A program made the translations under genes and the position numbers. A stretch of 64,000 nucleotides of DNA from Candidatus Latescibacterota bacterium (GTDB lineage Bacteria; Latescibacterota; CBDEFO01). Within the stretch, counting starts at the first letter, position 1; every line of letters begins with the position of its first letter. Below the pieces are notes generated by a model. The model did not search any database. It was not told the DNA's origin and saw nothing but the letters and a program-made list of their open reading frames with translations. Positions 58,918 to 64,000 of the stretch are shown one piece after another. Location: assembly GCA_965248755.1 (NCBI GenBank), contig OZ252149.1, positions 416,001 to 480,000 of the forward strand, given 5' to 3'.

Positions 58918-60624
58918 TTAGCCGCACAATTCGTGTGCTTCACCGACACCTCGGGGAATGCGAATCTCCTCTACAAGCTCCTGTATCTCTTTAGGCGGCG
59001 CGTGCGATGCCAAAGATACAAACCCCGCCACGAGGAAGTTCAACACCATGCCGAGTGTCCCGATACCCTCGGGTGATATGCCAAACCACCAATGTTCTTT
59101 TGAGTTAAGTTCAGGACTTATAAACTTGAAAGTGATGATGTAACCCGCCGTAAACGTAATCCCGGTGATCATCCCACTGATAGCGCCGTATTTGTTAATG
59201 CGCTTCGAGAAGATGCCCATTACGATCACCGGGAAGAATGAAGAAGCAGCCAGACCGAATGCAAACGCAACCACCTCTGCGACGAAGCCGGGCGGGTTCA
59301 TACCGAAGTAACCGGCAATGCACACAGCAATCCCTGCTGATACTCGTGCAGTAATCAACTCCCCTCTCTCGCTAATCTGTGGATAAATCTCCTTTTTGAA
59401 CAGGTCGTGCGCGATAGATGTGGCAATCACCAGCAGTAATCCTGCAGCTGTCGAGAGCGCTGCAGCCAGTCCTCCCGCTGCAACAAGACCCACGACCCAG
59501 TTCGGGAGCTTGGCGATCTCGGGATTTGCAAGCACCATGATGTCTCGATCTATCGTCAGTTCATTTTCGACATCCGATCCGGGACCACGATATTGGATAA
59601 CATTGTCCCCGTTCTTATCATCGAATCGGATTAGACCAGTCTTCTCCCAATTTTCAAACCAGTCCGGAACCTCCTCATAGTGTGTATTTGAGATCGTTGT
59701 GAGCAGATTCGTCCGGACAAATGCAGCCACCGCAGGTGCCGTCGTATACAAAAGCGCAATGAACACCAATGCCCAACCGGCAGAACTGCGCGCCTGAGCG
59801 ACCTTCGGCACGGTATAGAAACGTACAATTACGTGTGGCAATCCGGCTGTTCCGACCATCAGTGCCGCAGTAATGAAGAAGATGTCGATCGTGCCCTTGC
59901 GACCATCAGTGTACGCGTTGAAGCCGAGCTCGCGACTGAGTCCATCGAGCCTGTCGAGCAGGTATTGACCCGAGCCGTCAGCCAACCTCCCACCGAAACC
60001 GATCTGCGGGACGATTTCTCCTGTCATCAGGAGGGAAATAAAGATTGCCGGCACAAGGTAGGCAAAGATCAATACACAGTACTGTGCAACCTGCGTGTAA
60101 GTTATGCCCTTCATTCCTCCCAGCACAGCGTAGAAGAACACAATCCCCATTCCGATCAGCACACCCGAGGCAATATCAACGTCTAGATACCGTGAAAATA
60201 CGATCCCCACCCCGCGCATCTGTCCCGCAACATACGTGAAGGACACAAAGAGGGCGCAAACGATCGCAACCAAGCGAGCCGCTCGAGAGTAATACCTGTC
60301 GCCGACAAAATCCGGCACGGTATATTTGCCGAATTTGCGCAGATACGGTGCCAACAGCAGCGCCAGCAATACATAACCGCCAGTCCAACCCATAAGATAG
60401 ACGGATCCATCCCGGCCCATAAACGAGATGAGGCCGGCCATCGAAATAAACGAGGCAGCGCTCATCCAGTCCGCGGCTGTCGCCATGCCGTTCATAACCG
60501 GCGGTACGTTGCTGCCTGCTATGTAGAACTCGCTTGTGGATCTGGCCTTTGACCAGATCGCAACACCGATATAGAGCGCAAACGATAAACTAACCAACAA
60601 GAATGTCCAGGCCTGTACGTTCAT
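58918..60624 (-). CDS. actP: Cation/acetate symporter-like sodium:solute symporter
   Basis: NGMATAADWMSAASF, GTAGLPH...RFYTV, AAALSTAAGL; paired with a small membrane gene. Confidence 0.85.
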   Translation of the reverse strand: MNVQAWTFLLVSLSFALYIGVAIWSKARSTSEFYIAGSNVPPVMNGMATAADWMSAASFISMAGLISFMGRDGSVYLMGWTGGYVLLALLLAPYLRKFGKYTVPDFVGDRYYSRAARLVAIVCALFVSFTYVAGQMRGVGIVFSRYLDVDIASGVLIGMGIVFFYAVLGGMKGITYTQVAQYCVLIFAYLVPAIFISLLMTGEIVPQIGFGGRLADGSGQYLLDRLDGLSRELGFNAYTDGRKGTIDIFFITAALMVGTAGLPHVIVRFYTVPKVAQARSSAGWALVFIALLYTTAPAVAAFVRTNLLTTISNTHYEEVPDWFENWEKTGLIRFDDKNGDNVIQYRGPGSDVENELTIDRDIMVLANPEIAKLPNWVVGLVAAGGLAAALSTAAGLLLVIATSIAHDLFKKEIYPQISERGELITARVSAGIAVCIAGYFGMNPPGFVAEVVAFAFGLAASSFFPVIVMGIFSKRINKYGAISGMITGITFTAGYIITFKFISPELNSKEHWWFGISPEGIGTLGMVLNFLVAGFVSLASHAPPKEIQELVEEIRIPRGVGEAHELCG

Positions 60625-60626
60625 GA

Positions 60627-60896
60627 TTAATTAGGCTCCTGCTCGTCCACGCTGTACTTTCTATCCAGGCGATTCATCAGTTGAACATAGATGAAAATCA
60701 GCACGACGAAGACATAAATCGAACCCTGTTGCGCAAACCAAAAGCCGAGATGAAAACCGCCAATTCTAATTCGATCCAGGTGTTCAACAAAGAGTATCCC
60801 GCAGCCGTAAGACACGATAAACCACACAGCTAAAAGGATACCCAGATAATGGAGATTCTTCCTCCAATATGCCGATTTCTTATCATTTGTCGTCAT
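60627..60896 (-). CDS. DUF4212/DUF485 small membrane partner of the symporter
   Basis: YW..NL, GF.LGFWFAQQGSI, MNRLD. Confidence 0.88.
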   Translation of the reverse strand: MTTNDKKSAYWRKNLHYLGILLAVWFIVSYGCGILFVEHLDRIRIGGFHLGFWFAQQGSIYVFVVLIFIYVQLMNRLDRKYSVDEQEPN

Positions 60897-60983
60897 GCTG
60901 TTCCTCCACTATACTCTTGTTGCATGCAGATGTGTTCTGCGTGCTCATGTGATTAAGCCCGATTAATTCATAAACTTGGTGGA

Positions 60984-61104
60984 GTCATTGCGAGGAGCAA
61001 AGCGACGAAGCAATCTCAAGGTTTTATAGTGATCTCCTATGAGAGCCGGAGAGTATTACATCTACCACAGAATCGAGATTGCTTCGCCTTCGGCTCGCAA
61101 TGAC
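60984..61104. repeat. REP/MITE-like palindromic element GTCATTGCGAG...CGCAATGAC
   Basis: Arms GTCATTGCGAG-GAGCAAAGCGA-CGAAGCAATCTC and GAGATTGCTTCG-CCTTCGG-CTCGCAATGAC. Confidence 0.85.
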
Positions 61105-61348
61105 ACCGAAGGTAGTTAAACGCATAACTATAATATAATACAATCCCTTAATTAGTACACGGCCTTTTTTTGTGAATTATTCGGGTAAGCAGGTGTCTTG
61201 ACAAAAGTTATGGTATATATTAAATTTGTAGTGAATCCCTGGAAAGGGAGTGAACACAGATCATAAAGACAATATATTAAACTCATATTACGAAAGTCAA
61301 CGTTTATTTTAACAGATAAAATGCGGGAAAGGAGCGAATTCTTCGCAC

Positions 61349-62272
61349 ATGATGGACATACAAGCCGTTGCCTTTGGAGAGATCGTCTTCGACTGTTTCG
61401 AGGACAGCAGCTGTATAGGAGGTGCTCCGCTAAACTTTGCCTGGTATCTCCGCCAGTTTGGCATTTCAGTGGCCATGGTAAGTGCAGTTGGCCAGGATAA
61501 GCTGGGCAATACCGCGCTGCGCCTACTGCATGAGGCGGATATCGACCCATGTTGGGTCTCTCGTAGATCAGAGCCCACAGGTACGGTGGATATCCAGCTG
61601 TTGGATGGCCAGCCAGAATACACGATCAACGAAGGCACAGCCTGGGAATACATAGAGCTTCCATGTGACCTGGGAAAGATACAACCAAGTCTGCTCTATT
61701 TTGGTACGGCGGCGCAGAAGACCCAGGTGAATCGTTCTACCCTTAGAAAACTATGGGCGCTCAAACCCCGCCACTCTTTCTTCGACGTTAATCTGCGCCA
61801 GGACCACTACTCTGATGAAATCGTCCTGGAAGGGCTCAGAGCGGCCACCATTTTGAAACTCAACCACGAGGAGTGGAAAGTAATCCAACAGTTTACCTCT
61901 CTGGAGGCGCCGGCCCAGATCTTAGAGACCTTCGCTCTGGAGATCATAGCCCTGACCCGGGGCAGCCAAGGGGCGGTTGTGTATGTCCACGGTAAAGAGT
62001 ACGAGGCGCAAAGTACCCCGGTAGATGTGGTGGACACTGTCGGCGCCGGAGATGCTTTCAGCGCAGCTCTGGCTGCAGGCGTGATCCAGGGCGCTGATCT
62101 GGAGTATACCTTGCAGGTCGCCTGTAAAGTGGGCACCTATGTGGTGCAGCGCCGGGGAGCGCAAATCGAGCTAGCGAATGAGTTACACGGTGCTTTCGAG
62201 CACAAATCTCCTCCTTTGGATAGAAGAAAACAGCAGAGCCCGCCAAGAACGCCCAAAGTTCCGAGAGAGTAG
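61349..62272 (+). CDS. PfkB-family kinase (fructokinase-like)
   Basis: GEIVFD, GGAPLN, SAVG.D.LG, FDVNLR, LKLNHEE, VDTVGAGDAF. Confidence 0.88.
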   Translation: MMDIQAVAFGEIVFDCFEDSSCIGGAPLNFAWYLRQFGISVAMVSAVGQDKLGNTALRLLHEADIDPCWVSRRSEPTGTVDIQLLDGQPEYTINEGTAWEYIELPCDLGKIQPSLLYFGTAAQKTQVNRSTLRKLWALKPRHSFFDVNLRQDHYSDEIVLEGLRAATILKLNHEEWKVIQQFTSLEAPAQILETFALEIIALTRGSQGAVVYVHGKEYEAQSTPVDVVDTVGAGDAFSAALAAGVIQGADLEYTLQVACKVGTYVVQRRGAQIELANELHGAFEHKSPPLDRRKQQSPPRTPKVPRE

Positions 62273-62359
62273 ATTCTTTTCGATCCTAGCCTCTCCTTTG
62301 TGCCCTTTGCGGTTCAAGTTACAGCCCGGTCAAAACAAAATCGGGAAGGAGAGAACACG

Positions 62360-62986
62360 GTGAAGCTACAACTTGCTTTAGATCTTGTCGATATTCAGGG
62401 CGCAAAATCACTGCTTGAAAAGGTCGCTCATCTGATAGACATAGCTGAAATAGGGACCCCCTTCGTTATACAAGAGGGCATGAACGCTGTTACTCAGATC
62501 AAGAATGCCTATCCGGAACTTGAAGTGCTGGCCGACCTCAAAATCATGGATGAAGGAGCGCTTGAGTCAAAGATAGCGTTTGAAGCCGGAGCTGATATCG
62601 TAACCGTGCTTGGTGTGACTAATGACATCACGATTCAGGGCGCCGTAAATCAGGCCCGCGCATATGATAAACAGGTGATGGTGGATATGATGGCGGTCAT
62701 TGATTTACCAGAGCGCGCCCGGCAAATAGACGCTATGGGAGCCGATTATGTCTGTGTCCACACCTCCACCGATGTTCAGAAACTGGGTCTGAACCCTTTA
62801 CACGAACTTGAACTTGTGCATCCAATCCTGGAGCATGCTGGGTTGGCGGTAGCTGGTGGAGTAAAACCAGAGATCCTATCTCAGATTGTGACTTTTCGTC
62901 CGGAAATCGTAGTTGTGGGTAGTTTCATAACCGGTCATCCGGATCCACGCGAGGCGGCCCGTGCAATAAGGGAAGGGCTGAACTAG
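62360..62986 (+). CDS. hxlA: 3-hexulose-6-phosphate synthase
   Basis: KLQLALD, EIGTP...EG, LADLKIMD, AVAGG; adjacent to hxlB. Confidence 0.92.
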   Translation: MKLQLALDLVDIQGAKSLLEKVAHLIDIAEIGTPFVIQEGMNAVTQIKNAYPELEVLADLKIMDEGALESKIAFEAGADIVTVLGVTNDITIQGAVNQARAYDKQVMVDMMAVIDLPERARQIDAMGADYVCVHTSTDVQKLGLNPLHELELVHPILEHAGLAVAGGVKPEILSQIVTFRPEIVVVGSFITGHPDPREAARAIREGLN

Positions 62987-62999
62987 AGAGGAAGATGCG

Positions 63000-63560
63000 G
63001 TGAGCATACAAACATACATCGATCAGATACTCGACGAGCTAAGACGAACCCTGGCTCACATATCCAACGATCAGGGGGAAAAACTGACCAGGGCTATCGT
63101 AGATGCCGGGACTGTCTTTGTTGCAGGCGCAGGCCGGTCGGGTCTGGCGATGAAGAGTTTTTCTATGCGTTTGATGCACCTGGGTTTTGACAGCTATGTG
63201 GTGGGAGAAACCATAACACCTAATATAACGGACAAAGATCTGCTGTTGATCGGCTCAGGTTCCGGTGCAACTGAAAGCATAGTAGTAAATGCCGACAAAG
63301 CCCATAGAATTGGCGCTACAGTTGGCCTCATAACTATTCAGGAGGACTCACCTATCGGTCGGGTGGCAGATCTGGTCCTCACTATACCCGCCCCTACGCC
63401 CAAGATAGATAGAGACCTCGGCTTTATGTCGCTCCAGCCCATGGGATCTCTGTTTGAACAGAGCCTCCTCTTGACCCTGGATGCGATCATCCTTATGCTG
63501 ATGGACAAAACCCGGAGAGACAAGGATGCCATGTTCGAAAGACACGCCAATCTGGAATAA
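63000..63560 (+). CDS. hxlB: 6-phospho-3-hexuloisomerase
   Basis: GAGRSG, MRLMHLG, VGETITP, GSGSG.T, QPMGSLFEQ, RHANLE. Confidence 0.94.
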   Translation: MSIQTYIDQILDELRRTLAHISNDQGEKLTRAIVDAGTVFVAGAGRSGLAMKSFSMRLMHLGFDSYVVGETITPNITDKDLLLIGSGSGATESIVVNADKAHRIGATVGLITIQEDSPIGRVADLVLTIPAPTPKIDRDLGFMSLQPMGSLFEQSLLLTLDAIILMLMDKTRRDKDAMFERHANLE

Positions 63561-63789
63561 CGGAGTATGAACATAGCGCGTATTCTGGCCGTCTGCATGA
63601 ACAGAACAGCAAGATTCACATTTTAGATTACGGGCATGCGAGCGCGATACAGGAGTTGAAGCGGTGCGGAAAACAGATTAATCAGTGCAACTTTAGCTAT
63701 GCATTACAATATGAAAACATCATATTCTGAAAGCCAACGTCTATCTTAACAGAACAAAAATGAGCAAAGGCCGGAATCGTTCCTGCAGA

Positions 63790-63980
63790 AACTCAGCAGA
63801 CAATAGTCAGTCAATAGATACTGCACTTCCTCCTACTTTAGGCACCGCTGCCAGGCGGCGCGGCACCAAATCCCCGATAGATTCAATCGGGCGCAGGCCA
63901 CAAAGCAGGCTAAGCAATCTGCGTTATACTGCCTCCACCTTCATGCTGTCCAATGTGTGCTGACTGTTTGTCCTGCGACT
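63790..63980. repeat. Composite palindromic element with core CCCGATAGATTCAATCGGG
   Basis: Core at 63873-91, flanked by degenerate heptamer arms (CAGCAGACA.. / ..GACTGTTTG). Confidence 0.6.
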
Positions 63981-64000
63981 ATAGCTTCTATGTTACAGGA

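Noticed and set aside
61116..61145. dif-like site (AAACGCATAACTATAATATAATACAAT)
   Set aside because: The left arm resembles the XerC box, but the right arm matches TTATGTTAAAT poorly.
1..64000. CRISPR array, rRNA or tRNA genes
   Set aside because: No regularly spaced 23-47 bp repeats with unique spacers and no recognisable tRNA or rRNA signatures by eye.

Overview
A 64-kb bacterial chromosome segment. Gene content (outer-membrane barrels, DUF3108, a FlgD/T9SS-like C-terminal domain, topA-xerC-hslVU) suggests a diderm of the FCB-affiliated candidate phyla; this is inference only. Bases 1-32.1 kb are minus-strand, mostly housekeeping and envelope genes (argF, hslVU, xerC, topA, lgt, rodA-mrdA-mreD, LysM lytic transglycosylase, mtnA, rsfS) and include a tandem array of four Gfo/Idh/MocA-like oxidoreductase paralogs, three on an exact 1149-bp period. 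Bases 32.6-39.9 kb hold a coxDE-coxMSL-xdhC-type molybdoenzyme operon with divergent active-site motifs. Bases 40-41.9 kb hold low-GC orphan genes, an attC-like site and hicB with a truncated hicA. Bases 46-52.3 kb are an eroded island: four copies of one IS3-family element whose left end begins CA instead of TG, a four-operator region with face-to-face promoters before a truncated XRE gene, and glycan-modification remnants. The window ends with EAL/HDOD, cadC-cadA, an SDR pseudogene, actP and a fructokinase-hxlA-hxlB operon. Three families of small palindromic or heptameric repeats sit at gene junctions, and some are translated into signal peptides or C-termini. No rRNA, tRNA or CRISPR array was seen.
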